Assembly (NCBI GenBank): GCA_016193045.1
Contig: JACPSW010000007.1
Span: 6,487 to 70,486 of the forward strand
Source of the DNA: Candidatus Rokuibacteriota bacterium
GTDB lineage: Bacteria; Methylomirabilota; Methylomirabilia; Rokubacteriales; CSP1-6
Length of the DNA: 64,000 bases
Direction of reading: 5' to 3'
The notes under the pieces are model-generated. The model worked only from the letters and a program-made list of their open reading frames with translations, had not been told where the DNA came from and made no database searches. Position 1 is the first letter of the stretch; the number at the start of each line of letters is the position of its first letter. Positions 8,658-17,868 of the stretch are shown here, in pieces. Position numbers and translations under genes: made by a program.

Positions 8658-10828
8658 AGCTCGTCGGGGTCGACGTCGGATCCACCACGGTCAAGGCCGT
8701 CGCGGTGGAGGACGGCCGCGTCCTGTGGCAGGACTACCACCGGCACAACACCAAGCAGGCGGAAATGGTCCTGCAGTTCCTGGAGCGGATTGAATCGGAG
8801 TGCGGGCTCGCGCCCGGGGGCGACCGGATCTTCTTCACCGGTTCCGGAGCCGGCCTGATCGGCCCCCTGGTGGGAGGCAAGTTCGTCCAGGAGGTCGTCG
8901 CCGTCGCCGCGGCGGTGGAGCGCCTCCACCCGGGGGTCCGGTTCGTCTCCGAGATCGGCGGCGAGGACATGAAGACCATCTTCTTCACGTCCACCGGCAA
9001 CGGCAAGGGCAAGCAGGTCTACATGCAATCCGCCTGCAGCGGCGGGACCGGCACGTTCGTCGAGAAGACGGCCCGCAAGCTCCAGATCCCCACCGAGGCC
9101 CTCTGCCAGATGGGATACGCCGGATACAGCCTGCACAAGATCAGCTCCAAGTGCGGCATCTTCGCCGAGGCCGATTCGAACACCCTCGTCAAGACGGGCG
9201 TGCCGGTGGAGGAGATCATCGCCAGCCTGTTCGAGGCGGTGGTCTACCAGAACCTCGCGACCCTGACCAAGGGGAATACCCCCATGCCCGAGGTGCTGCT
9301 CCTGGGCGGGCCCAATCTCTTCTTCAAGGGGCTCCAGGAGGCCTGGCGGCATCACCTGAAGAATCTGTGGGCCCAGCGGCGGGTCCCCCTGCCGGACGGC
9401 GGCGAGCCCGAATCCCTCATCCACGTGCCGGCCGACGCCCTCTACTACGCGTGCCTGGGGTGCGTCGAGGTCGGACGAGAGGAAGCCCAGGCGGTCGGCG
9501 TCTATCGCGGGACCCAGAAGCTCCGATGGTGGGTCGAGGAAGGGCAGCACGAGCAGAAAGCCAAGGAGGGGGCGCGGGGACTCGTTGGAGGCGAGGGTGA
9601 TCTCTCGAGCTTCACCGAGCAGTACGGCCACAGCCAGCGGAACGGCACCGCAGAACGATCCGACATCGACCGAGGGGCTCCCGTCCTGGTGGGCTGCGAC
9701 TTCGGGAGCACCACCGCCAAGGCCGTCGTGCTGTCCGAGGACAAGGAGCTCCTCTTCAGCTGCTACGCGCTCTCGAAGGGTAACCCCATCGAGGACGCCA
9801 AGGCCCTCTTCCGCCAGATCCGGGAGGCGCATTTCCGGCGCGTCGGCGCGCTGGCGCTCACGGGGTACGGGAAGGACCTCCTCAAAGACATCCTGGGGTC
9901 CGACGTGGCGATCGTCGAGACGGTGGCCCACGCGGCGGCGGCCCTGCACGTGTTCCCCGATGCCGACGTCATCTGCGATGTGGGGGGAACCGACGTCAAG
10001 ATCATGATCCTCCGGCAGGGGACCGTCTCCGACTTCCGACTGAACTCGCAATGCTCGTCGGGCAACGGGGCGTTCCTGCAGGGGGTCGCCGAGCGCTACG
10101 ACATCCCCCTGGAGCGCTACGCCGACAAGGCCTTTCTGGCTAAGGCCATGCCGACGCTGGCGATGGGGTGCGGCGTCTTCCTCCAGTCGGACATCGTGAA
10201 CCAGCAGCGGAAAGGGTGGTCGGCGGAAGAGATCATGGCGTCGCTCGCCGCCGTGCTCCCACTCAACGTCTGGGTCTACGCCGGCCAGCTCCAGAACCTC
10301 GGCGCCGTGGGGCGGAAGTTCGTCCTGCAGGGAGGAACCCACCGGAACCTGGCGGTGGTCAAGGCCCAGGTGGACTTCATCACGGGCAAGGTGCCCGACG
10401 CCGAGATCGTCGTCCACCCCTATTCGGGCGAGGCGGGCGCAATTGGCGCGGCGCTGTGCGCCTTCGACCGGTGGCGCGGGGGGCACCCCACGCGGTTCCG
10501 GGGCTTCGACACCATCGAGGCGTTGACTTACACCAGCACCACGAGCGAGCACACCGTCTGCCACTGGTGCACGTGCAACTGCAAGCGCACGTTCATCGAC
10601 GTCCAGCTGCCGGACGCGAAGGGCCGGACCTGGAGCAAGGTGCCGATCGCCGAGGGATGGGAACGAGTCATCAGCGGCAACTCGTGTCCGAAGGGGCTGG
10701 TCGAGGATGTCAACGAGATGCGCGTCGTGAAAGCCAAATTCGAGGAGGTCAAGCGTGGCTACCCTAACGTTGCCGAGATGGTTCGCAAGGACGCCTTCCG
10801 GCGACCCAAAGTCGCGGTCTCACCTTAG
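8654..10828 (+). CDS. double BadF/BadG/BcrA/BcrD (ASKHA) ATPase, CoA-substrate enzyme activase (PlsA N-terminal part)
   Basis: Two activase modules (GVDVGSTTVK..EIGGEDMK..CSGGTG; GCDFGSTTAK..DVGGTDVK..CSSGNG) and a C-terminal CHWCTCNC..GNSC. Confidence 0.88.
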   Translation: MKLVGVDVGSTTVKAVAVEDGRVLWQDYHRHNTKQAEMVLQFLERIESECGLAPGGDRIFFTGSGAGLIGPLVGGKFVQEVVAVAAAVERLHPGVRFVSEIGGEDMKTIFFTSTGNGKGKQVYMQSACSGGTGTFVEKTARKLQIPTEALCQMGYAGYSLHKISSKCGIFAEADSNTLVKTGVPVEEIIASLFEAVVYQNLATLTKGNTPMPEVLLLGGPNLFFKGLQEAWRHHLKNLWAQRRVPLPDGGEPESLIHVPADALYYACLGCVEVGREEAQAVGVYRGTQKLRWWVEEGQHEQKAKEGARGLVGGEGDLSSFTEQYGHSQRNGTAERSDIDRGAPVLVGCDFGSTTAKAVVLSEDKELLFSCYALSKGNPIEDAKALFRQIREAHFRRVGALALTGYGKDLLKDILGSDVAIVETVAHAAAALHVFPDADVICDVGGTDVKIMILRQGTVSDFRLNSQCSSGNGAFLQGVAERYDIPLERYADKAFLAKAMPTLAMGCGVFLQSDIVNQQRKGWSAEEIMASLAAVLPLNVWVYAGQLQNLGAVGRKFVLQGGTHRNLAVVKAQVDFITGKVPDAEIVVHPYSGEAGAIGAALCAFDRWRGGHPTRFRGFDTIEALTYTSTTSEHTVCHWCTCNCKRTFIDVQLPDAKGRTWSKVPIAEGWERVISGNSCPKGLVEDVNEMRVVKAKFEEVKRGYPNVAEMVRKDAFRRPKVAVSP

Positions 10829-11939
10829 GGTCGGCATCCCGAGGCTCCTGAACGTCTGGTCGACCCACCAGTTCTGGTGGGGCTTCCTCACGGCCCTCGG
10901 CATCGAGGGGGAGGCAATCGTCTTCTCGTCCGACACCTCGGAGGACCAGAACCGGCAATTCGGAAAGGGCCGGGGCACCGTGGACTGTTGCTACCCGGTC
11001 AAGTGCGGCGCCGGGCATTACGGCGAGCTGGTCTTCGGCCAGAAGCGGAAGATCGACATCTTCTTCTCACCGATGATCTACACGCTGCCTTCTTTTCTCC
11101 GGGGCCACGTCGCCGAGACGCTCTCCTGCCCCCGGGTGATGGCGGGCCCCGAGAACATCAAGGCCGGCTTCATCAAGGAGAAGGATGTCTTTGCCGAGAA
11201 CGGCATCCGCTATGTGTCCCCGCTTGTGTCCCTCGGCGAACCCTTGATTGTCCCGAAACAGCTCTACGAAACCCTCAAGGACGTCCTGCCCGGGCTGACT
11301 CTCGAGGAGACCAGGAGGGCCGTCCACGAGGGCTACCAGACGCTCCAGGATTTCAACGAACGGCTGCGGGCCAAGGGGCGGGAAGTCCTCGAGGCGTGCG
11401 CCAGGGAAGACAAGCCGTGCCTGCTGGTGCTCGCCAGACCCTATCACATGGATCCCGGGATCGGGCATGAGATCGAGGTGGACCTGCAGGTGTACGGCTA
11501 TCCGATCCTCTGGGTGCAGTATTTCCCGGTGGACCCCGACCTCCTGGGGTGGATGTTCGGGGAGGACATCCGGGCCGGCATCGTCAAATCCCCCTTCGAC
11601 ATCTCCGACGTGTGGCCGTCCTCCTACAGCTCCAACACGAACGAGATTCTCTGGGGAGCCAAGGTCGCGGCGCGTGTCCCCTGGATCGCGTGCGTCATCC
11701 GGCTCTCCAGCTACGAATGCGGCATGGACCAGCCCACCTACACGCCCATCCAGCAGATCGTCGAGCGCTCCGGCACGCTCTTCTTTTCCTTCCAGGACCT
11801 CGACTCCACCAAGCCGGCCGGTTCCGTGAAGATCCGGGTCGAGACGATCGCCCACTACCTCGAGAAATACTCCACAGAGATCATCGAGAAGAAGAAGGCC
11901 TCGATGCCTCCCGGCTGCCCCCTTCTGCGTGACCCCTAG
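10755..11939 (+). CDS. DUF2229-type activase-related reductase/dehydratase domain protein (PlsA C-terminal part)
   Basis: LRVGIPRLLN, DCCYPVK, LSCPRV, LARPYH, SSYECGMD. GAGGAGG lies 6 nt before GTG 10755. Overlaps the upstream CDS by 74 nt. Confidence 0.78.
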   Translation: MATLTLPRWFARTPSGDPKSRSHLRVGIPRLLNVWSTHQFWWGFLTALGIEGEAIVFSSDTSEDQNRQFGKGRGTVDCCYPVKCGAGHYGELVFGQKRKIDIFFSPMIYTLPSFLRGHVAETLSCPRVMAGPENIKAGFIKEKDVFAENGIRYVSPLVSLGEPLIVPKQLYETLKDVLPGLTLEETRRAVHEGYQTLQDFNERLRAKGREVLEACAREDKPCLLVLARPYHMDPGIGHEIEVDLQVYGYPILWVQYFPVDPDLLGWMFGEDIRAGIVKSPFDISDVWPSSYSSNTNEILWGAKVAARVPWIACVIRLSSYECGMDQPTYTPIQQIVERSGTLFFSFQDLDSTKPAGSVKIRVETIAHYLEKYSTEIIEKKKASMPPGCPLLRDP

Positions 11940-11940
11940 C

Positions 11941-12135
11941 GCGCATTAGTCACGAACGTGATGGCGCGAGCGGGCGGGTGGCGCAGGGTGCAGTCCCCAC
12001 GGGGCCGCGCGCAGTGGGCCCCCCTCGTCCCGCCCGCCGCGCGCAGCGCGGCGTTCGGGCAAGTGGGTGACGAAGCCGGACCCACGGGGGGCTGCGCCCT
12101 GCGACAGGCCCCGCCCGCTACACTCGCCCATGCGC
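11941..12135. repeat. GC-rich long imperfect hairpin element between convergent genes
   Basis: AGCGGGCGGG..CGCAGGGTGCAGTCCCC is complementary to GGGGGCTGCGCCCTGCG..CCCGCCCGCT. Internal CGCCGCGC-gca-GCGCGGCG hairpin. Confidence 0.5.
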
Positions 12136-13860
12136 CTAGGGCTCGCGGAAGCGGTTCACGATGGGCAGGCGCCAGTCCTTGCCGAAGGCGCGCGGGGTAA
12201 TCTTGATACCGATGGGACCCTGGCGGCGCTTGTACTCGTTCGTGTCCACCATGCCGATCACCTTGCGCACGGTGGCAGTGTCGAACCCCAGGGCGCTGAT
12301 CTCCTTCAGCCCCTTGTCCCCCTCCACGTAGGCCTCCAGGATCGCGTCGAGCACGGGGTACGGCGGGAGCGTGTCCTGATCGGTCTGGTCGGGGCGCAGC
12401 TCGGCCGACGGCGGCCGCTCGAAGACGCTCTCGGGGATCACAACCCGCCCCGCGCGCTGGTTCACGTGGCGGGCCAGCCTGTACACCATGGTCTTCGGCA
12501 CGTCCTTGAGGACGGCGAAGCCGCCGGCCATGTCGCCGTAGAGCGTGCAGTAGCCCACGCCGATCTCGCTCTTGTTCCCCGTTGTGAGGACCAGCCACCC
12601 GAACTTGTTGGAGAGCGCCATGAGGAGCGTGCCGCGGATCCGCGCCTGGATGTTCTCCTCGGTGACATCCTCCTTGAGCCCCTTGAAGGGCCGGGTCAGG
12701 GCGCGCTTGAAGGCCTTGAACACGGCGGTGATGGGGAGGGTGAGGAACTCGATTCCGAGATTCTTGGCCAGGCGCTTGGCATCGCTCCGGGTTCCCTTGG
12801 ACGAATAGGGCGAGGGCATGGTCACGCCCGCGACGTTCTCGGCCCCCAGGGCCTCGCAGGCGAGAGCGGCCACGAGGGAGGAGTCGATGCCGCCCGAGAG
12901 CCCGATCACGACCCGCCGGAAGCCGTTCTTCCTCACGTAGTCCCGGGCGCCGACGACGAGGGCCTTGAAGATCTCCTCCACGGGCTCGAGGCGCTCGACC
13001 TCCCGCGCCGGCAGCGGCGGCTTTGGAGCCGGGGGCAGCGGTTGGAGCTCGATGCGGGGCACGCGATCCGCCAGGCGCAGCTTTTCCTTTCGGCGGCGGG
13101 AGTCGTGGAGCCGCGCCCGGAACACGGCGTCGAGATCGAGGTCGGCGACGACCAGCTCCTCCTCGAATGCCTTGCCCCGCGCCACGCACTCGCCCTTCTC
13201 GTTGAAGACGAAGGACTGGCCATCGAAGACCAGCTCGTCCTGGCCCCCCACCATGTTGACGAAGGCCAGACACACGAGGTCGTCGGCCGCCCGGGTGGCG
13301 AGCATCTTCTCCCTGAAGTTGCCCTTGCCGGCATGGTAGGGCGAGCCGTTGATCGTGATCACAAGCTCGGCGCCCGCCAGCGCCTGGGCCGTGGTGGGGC
13401 CGGTGGGGTACCAGATGTCCTCGCAGATGTTGGCGGCGATCAGAGTCTCGCCGAGGGCGAAGACGGGCGCGTCGGTGCCGGCCTGGAAATAGCGGTTCTC
13501 GTCGAAGACCCCGTAGTTCGGCAGGTACTGCTTGTGGTAGACGCCGGCCCGGCGGCCGTCGTGGAGGACCGCCGCCGCGTTGAAGATGTCGTCGCGCTTG
13601 TCCACGAAGCCGACGACGGCTGTCAGGTGACGCGACGCCTTCGCGACCTCGTCGAGCGCCCTGAGGTTGGCCTCGATGAAGGCGGGCTTGAAGAGGAGGT
13701 CCTCGGGGGGGTAGCCGGTGAGCGCAAGCTCCGGGAAGCCCACCACGTCGCAGCCCAGCTGCCGCGCCTTCTCCATCCAGTCGAGGATGAGACGCACGTT
13801 CCCCTCGAGATCCCCCACGGTGGGGTTCACCTGGGCCAGGCCGATCCTGAGCCGCTTCAT
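12136..13860 (-). CDS. nadE: glutamine-dependent NAD+ synthetase
   Basis: Nitrilase domain ([22 protein letters not shown]) plus synthetase domain ([29 protein letters not shown]). Confidence 0.96.
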   Translation of the reverse strand: MKRLRIGLAQVNPTVGDLEGNVRLILDWMEKARQLGCDVVGFPELALTGYPPEDLLFKPAFIEANLRALDEVAKASRHLTAVVGFVDKRDDIFNAAAVLHDGRRAGVYHKQYLPNYGVFDENRYFQAGTDAPVFALGETLIAANICEDIWYPTGPTTAQALAGAELVITINGSPYHAGKGNFREKMLATRAADDLVCLAFVNMVGGQDELVFDGQSFVFNEKGECVARGKAFEEELVVADLDLDAVFRARLHDSRRRKEKLRLADRVPRIELQPLPPAPKPPLPAREVERLEPVEEIFKALVVGARDYVRKNGFRRVVIGLSGGIDSSLVAALACEALGAENVAGVTMPSPYSSKGTRSDAKRLAKNLGIEFLTLPITAVFKAFKRALTRPFKGLKEDVTEENIQARIRGTLLMALSNKFGWLVLTTGNKSEIGVGYCTLYGDMAGGFAVLKDVPKTMVYRLARHVNQRAGRVVIPESVFERPPSAELRPDQTDQDTLPPYPVLDAILEAYVEGDKGLKEISALGFDTATVRKVIGMVDTNEYKRRQGPIGIKITPRAFGKDWRLPIVNRFREP

Positions 13861-13919
13861 TCCCCTCGTTTCCCTGGTATATTCTAATCCCCTGGACGGG
13901 CCAAACGCTGCGAATTGCT

Positions 13920-14102
13920 ATGTGGAAGGCTCCCTGGCTCCCATCCCACGTCCCGCACGGGGAGACCCCTGAGCGCTGCCCCCGCTGCGGGCGGCGCGCC
14001 CTGATCCGCTGGACGCTCCGCCGCGACCTCCAGCGCCGGGTCTTCCGCCTGTGGGTCTGCGCGGACTGCCAGGCCACCCAGGAGCGAGAGGAGCCGGAGT
14101 AG
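13920..14102 (+). CDS. small zinc-ribbon protein (60 aa)
   Basis: CPRC...CADC pair and GC3-rich codons. Fills the gap divergent from nadE. Confidence 0.6.
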   Translation: MWKAPWLPSHVPHGETPERCPRCGRRALIRWTLRRDLQRRVFRLWVCADCQATQEREEPE

Positions 14103-14121
14103 CCGCACCGAGGGCGGGGGC

Positions 14122-14151
14122 TTGACAGATCAATTTTCGTTGATATATGAT
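14122..14151 (+). promoter_or_regulatory. sigma-70 promoter with overlapping ArsR-type operator, leaderless
   Basis: TTGACA(14122)-18 nt-TATGAT(14146). Palindrome ATCAA-N6-TTGAT at 14129-14144. ATG follows 6 nt after the -10 box. Confidence 0.7.
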
Positions 14152-14157
14152 TCGGCC

Positions 14158-14460
14158 ATGGCGTTGCTGAAGATCGCCCAACCCCACGCCCGGGCCGCGG
14201 CCGCCCGGGGCTTCCACGCCCTCGCGGACGACACCCGCCTGCGGATCCTGGACCTCCTGCGCGACGGCGAGCGCTGCGTGTGCGAGCTCCAGGACTGGCT
14301 CGGAATGTCGCAGTCCGCGCTCTCGTTCCACCTGAAGACCATGAAGGACGCCGGGCTCCTCCTCGACCGCCGCCAGGGACGCTGGGTGTACTACCGGCTG
14401 AACCCGGCGGGCCTCACGGCGCTCGAAGACACGCTCTCGGGACTGATCAATACTCTTTGA
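14158..14460 (+). CDS. arsR: ArsR/SmtB family arsenic-responsive repressor
   Basis: [20 protein letters not shown] metal-binding box, [18 protein letters not shown]. Confidence 0.88.
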   Translation: MALLKIAQPHARAAAARGFHALADDTRLRILDLLRDGERCVCELQDWLGMSQSALSFHLKTMKDAGLLLDRRQGRWVYYRLNPAGLTALEDTLSGLINTL

Positions 14461-14474
14461 TGGGAGGCGCGAGT

Positions 14475-15308
14475 ATGGACACGAAAGAGCTGAAGGCCAC
14501 GATCCAGGAGAAGTACGGCAAGGCGGCGCTGAAGGCGAAAGAAGGCGCCAGTTGCTGCAGCGGCTCGTCCGGGGCCGACGTCGTCACGAAGGACCTCTAC
14601 GTCAAGGACGAGCTCACCGGCCTGCCGGCGGAAGCCGTCGCGGCGTCCCTCGGCTGCGGGAATCCCACGGCCCTGGCCCAGCTCAAGCCGGGCGAGGTGG
14701 TGCTCGACCTGGGCTCGGGCGGCGGCATCGACGTGCTCCTCTCCGCCAGGCGCGTGGGCCCCACCGGCAAGGCCTATGGCCTCGACATGACGGACGAGAT
14801 GCTGGCCCTGGCGCGGGAGAACCAGCGAAGGGCGGGCGTCCCGAACGCGGAGTTCCTGAAGGGCGAGATCGAGAGCATCCCCCTGCCCGACCGCTCGGTG
14901 GACGTCATCATCTCGAACTGCGTCATCAACCTCTCGGGCAACAAGGACCGGGTGCTGGCCGAGGCGTTCCGCGTCCTCAGGCCCGGGGGCCGCTTCGCCG
15001 TCTCCGACATCGTGGTGCGCGGTGAGCTTCCGGCCCCGATCCGCCGGAGCCTGGAGGCCTGGGCCGGCTGCGTGGCCGGGGCCCTCACGGAGGAAGAGTA
15101 CCGGGAGAAGCTCGGCCGCGCCGGGTTTTCTCGGGTCGACGTCGAGCCGACCCGGATCTACCGCCTCGAGGACGCCAAGGAGCTCCTCACGCAGTACAAG
15201 GACCTGCTCGAGACGGGGACGCTCGAGGGCGCGCGCCTGGAGGACCTCATCGCTGGGACGGAGGGCAAGCTGATGAGCGCCTTCGTCCGCGCCGTCAAGC
15301 CCGCCTAA
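14475..15308 (+). CDS. arsM: arsenite S-adenosylmethionine methyltransferase
   Basis: [31 protein letters not shown]. Directly downstream of arsR. Confidence 0.92.
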   Translation: MDTKELKATIQEKYGKAALKAKEGASCCSGSSGADVVTKDLYVKDELTGLPAEAVAASLGCGNPTALAQLKPGEVVLDLGSGGGIDVLLSARRVGPTGKAYGLDMTDEMLALARENQRRAGVPNAEFLKGEIESIPLPDRSVDVIISNCVINLSGNKDRVLAEAFRVLRPGGRFAVSDIVVRGELPAPIRRSLEAWAGCVAGALTEEEYREKLGRAGFSRVDVEPTRIYRLEDAKELLTQYKDLLETGTLEGARLEDLIAGTEGKLMSAFVRAVKPA

Positions 15309-15324
15309 CGGTGCCGGCCTGGCG

Positions 15325-16371
15325 CTAGGAGCGGTTGAGGAAGTCGATCAACTGCCGCAGCCGCCCGTAGTTCGTCCGGTTGAACGGCAGGACGAGGCGG
15401 GGCAGATCGGGGTACTCGTCCCCTTCTGGGGGGAGCGGCCCCGAAACCTGCTCGGCGGGACCCTTGAGAATGTCGTCGAACTCCCGCTGGAGGTCGGCGA
15501 GGGCCCCCTCGGAGAGCCGCTGGCGGAGCCGTAGCACCAGCTGGTCGCCCACGTCCCGCTGGGAGTGGTACACACGGTAGAAGGAGAGAATCTCGCGGGT
15601 GGCGTCGTCCGCGCTCTCCACCACTCGGTAGAGGTGGACGTCCTCGCCTGAGACCAGCTCCTGCCCCACCATCTGCCCCCGCACGAAGGTTTCCCACGTC
15701 TTCCAGTAGGAGCCCCCGGGGACGTCGAGCAGGATCACCGGGATCAGGCGGGTCTTCCCCGTCTGGATCAGCGTGAGCACCTCGAACGCCTCGTCGCAGG
15801 TGCCGAAGCCGCCCGGGAGGTAGCAGACGGCGGCCGACTCCTTGAGCAGGAAGAGCTTGCGGGTGAAGAAGTACTTGAAGGTGATCAGCTTGGGATCATC
15901 GGCGATCCACGGGTTGGCCTCCTGCTCGAAGGGCAGGCGGATGTTGAGCCCGAAGCTCTTCTCGCGGCCGGCTCCGGCCTGAGCCCCGCCCATCACGCCG
16001 CTCCCCGCCCCCGTGACGACCATCCACCCTGCTTCCACCATCCGGCGCCCCAGGTCGCGCGCCAGCGCCGAGAACGCGTGATCCACCGGCGTCCGGGCCG
16101 AGCCGAAGACGGTGACCTTGGGCACCTCCCGGTACGGGGCGAACACCTTGAAGGAGTAGCGGAGCTCCTTCAGGGCCGAGTTCGCGATCTTCAGGTCGCC
16201 GACGTCGGCGCCGTCCTCGAACATCTTGAGGACGGTGGTCAGCATCTGGGAATAGTACGGCCAGGTCTCGCGGGGGATCTGGAGCCCTTCCAGCAGCGCA
16301 TCGAGCTGTCGGTTGGACTCCTCCGACTGGAGCTGATACTTCCGTTCATTCGCCACGTACACAGTATACAT
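15325..16371 (-). CDS. LOG family (TIGR00730-like) nucleotide phosphoribohydrolase, long form
   Basis: VFGSAR, TGAGSGVM, FKYFFTRK, PGGFGTCDE. ATG 16371 overlaps the phoU TAA; an alternative GTG lies at 16356. Confidence 0.85.
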   Translation of the reverse strand: MYTVYVANERKYQLQSEESNRQLDALLEGLQIPRETWPYYSQMLTTVLKMFEDGADVGDLKIANSALKELRYSFKVFAPYREVPKVTVFGSARTPVDHAFSALARDLGRRMVEAGWMVVTGAGSGVMGGAQAGAGREKSFGLNIRLPFEQEANPWIADDPKLITFKYFFTRKLFLLKESAAVCYLPGGFGTCDEAFEVLTLIQTGKTRLIPVILLDVPGGSYWKTWETFVRGQMVGQELVSGEDVHLYRVVESADDATREILSFYRVYHSQRDVGDQLVLRLRQRLSEGALADLQREFDDILKGPAEQVSGPLPPEGDEYPDLPRLVLPFNRTNYGRLRQLIDFLNRS

Positions 16372-17027
16372 TACGCCAGTGTGTGCCTCACCATCTTCCC
16401 TTCCACCATGTAGATCACCATCTCGGCGATGTTGGTCGCGTGGTCGGCCACCCGCTCGAGAAAGCGCGAGACGAGAATCAGGCGGATGGCGCGCGGAATG
16501 GTCCGGGCGTCCTCCATCATGAAGGTCAGGAGCTCGCGGAAGACCTGCTCCTTGAGCGCGTCCACCTCGGCGTCCTCGGCGCACACCCGCCGGGCGAGCT
16601 CCGTGTCCCGCGTGACGAACGCATCCAGGCTTTCCTTGACCATCCGCGCCGCTTTCTCCGTCATCCGGGGCAGGTCGATGTAGGGCTTGAGCTGGGGCTC
16701 GCGGTTCAGCTCGATGGCGCGCTGGGCGATGTTCACCGCTTGATCCCCGATCCGCTCCAGGTCCGTCACGATCTTCATAGCCGTGGTGATGAAACGGAGG
16801 TCGCTGGCCGCCGGTTGGTGGAGCGCCAGCAGCTCCACGCACTTCTCGTCCACCTCGACGTCGTAGGTGTTGACCTGCCGGTCCCGATCGATGACTTCCT
16901 GGGCGAGGCCATCGTCACGCTCGACGAGGGCTCGCATCACCCGGTGGATCTGATCCTCCACCAGCGCGCCCATGGCGAGCAGGGTCTGCTTCAGGCCTTC
17001 GAGTTCCTCGTGAAAGTGCCGCTGCAT
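16371..17027 (-). CDS. phoU: phosphate signalling complex protein PhoU
   Basis: QPAASDLR, DLERIGD, LERVADHATNIAE. Confidence 0.96.
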   Translation of the reverse strand: MQRHFHEELEGLKQTLLAMGALVEDQIHRVMRALVERDDGLAQEVIDRDRQVNTYDVEVDEKCVELLALHQPAASDLRFITTAMKIVTDLERIGDQAVNIAQRAIELNREPQLKPYIDLPRMTEKAARMVKESLDAFVTRDTELARRVCAEDAEVDALKEQVFRELLTFMMEDARTIPRAIRLILVSRFLERVADHATNIAEMVIYMVEGKMVRHTLA

Positions 17028-17040
17028 GTCGGCCTCCCGC

Positions 17041-17859
17041 CTACCCGAACCGGCCCGTGATGTAATCCTCGGTGCGCTTGTCCCGGGGATTGGTGAAGAG
17101 CTCCTTGGTGACGCCGAACTCCACCAGCTCTCCCAGCAGCATGAAGCCCGTGTAGTCGGACACCCGCGCCGCCTGTTGCATGTTATGCGTGACGATCACG
17201 ATCGTGTAGCTGTTCTTCAGGTCGAGCATCAGCTCCTCGATCTTGGCCGTGGCGATGGGATCGAGGGCCGAGCACGGCTCGTCCATCAGCAGCACGTCGG
17301 GCTCCACCGCGATGGCCCGGGCGATGCACAGCCGCTGCTGCTGGCCCCCCGAGAGCGCGAGCGCGCTCTCGCCCAACCGGTCCTCCACCTCTTCCCAGAG
17401 GGCGGCCGCCCGGAGGCTCCGCTCGACGATGCCGTCCAGGTCGGCCCGGCCCTTCGCGCCCAGGATGCGCGGGCCGTAGGCCACGTTCTCGAAGATGGAC
17501 TTCGGGAACGGGTTCGACCTCTGGAAGACCATCCCCACGCGCTTGCGCAGCTCCGTGACGTCCAGCGCGGGATCGTAGATGTCGGTGCCCCCGAGCCGGA
17601 TCGTTCCCGCGATCCGGACGCCATCGATCAGGTCGTTCATCCGGTTGAGGCACCGGAGCAGCGTGGTCTTGCCGCAGCCCGAGGGGCCGATGTACGCGGT
17701 GATCCGGTGCTTCGGTACCGACATCGAGATGTCCCGGAGCGCCTGCTTCTCGCCGTACCAGAGCGAGAGGCGGTCGATTTCCACCATCGGTGTCTCCATG
17801 ATACCCGACGGACCCGCCTTGGGGTTGAGGCTCGCGGCCACCTGAATAGGACCGACCAT
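17041..17859 (-). CDS. pstB: phosphate ABC transporter ATP-binding protein
   Basis: [43 protein letters not shown]. Confidence 0.96.
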   Translation of the reverse strand: MVGPIQVAASLNPKAGPSGIMETPMVEIDRLSLWYGEKQALRDISMSVPKHRITAYIGPSGCGKTTLLRCLNRMNDLIDGVRIAGTIRLGGTDIYDPALDVTELRKRVGMVFQRSNPFPKSIFENVAYGPRILGAKGRADLDGIVERSLRAAALWEEVEDRLGESALALSGGQQQRLCIARAIAVEPDVLLMDEPCSALDPIATAKIEELMLDLKNSYTIVIVTHNMQQAARVSDYTGFMLLGELVEFGVTKELFTNPRDKRTEDYITGRFG

Positions 17860-17868
17860 GAATCCCTC

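Noticed and set aside
11941-12135. Possible 6S RNA
   Set aside because: The length fits, but no central bubble or 6S conserved motifs are recognisable and it resembles the local palindromic repeats.
14458-14460. ArsR TGA as possible Sec read-through
   Set aside because: The downstream frame shows no ArsR-like continuation and runs into the arsM SD and start.
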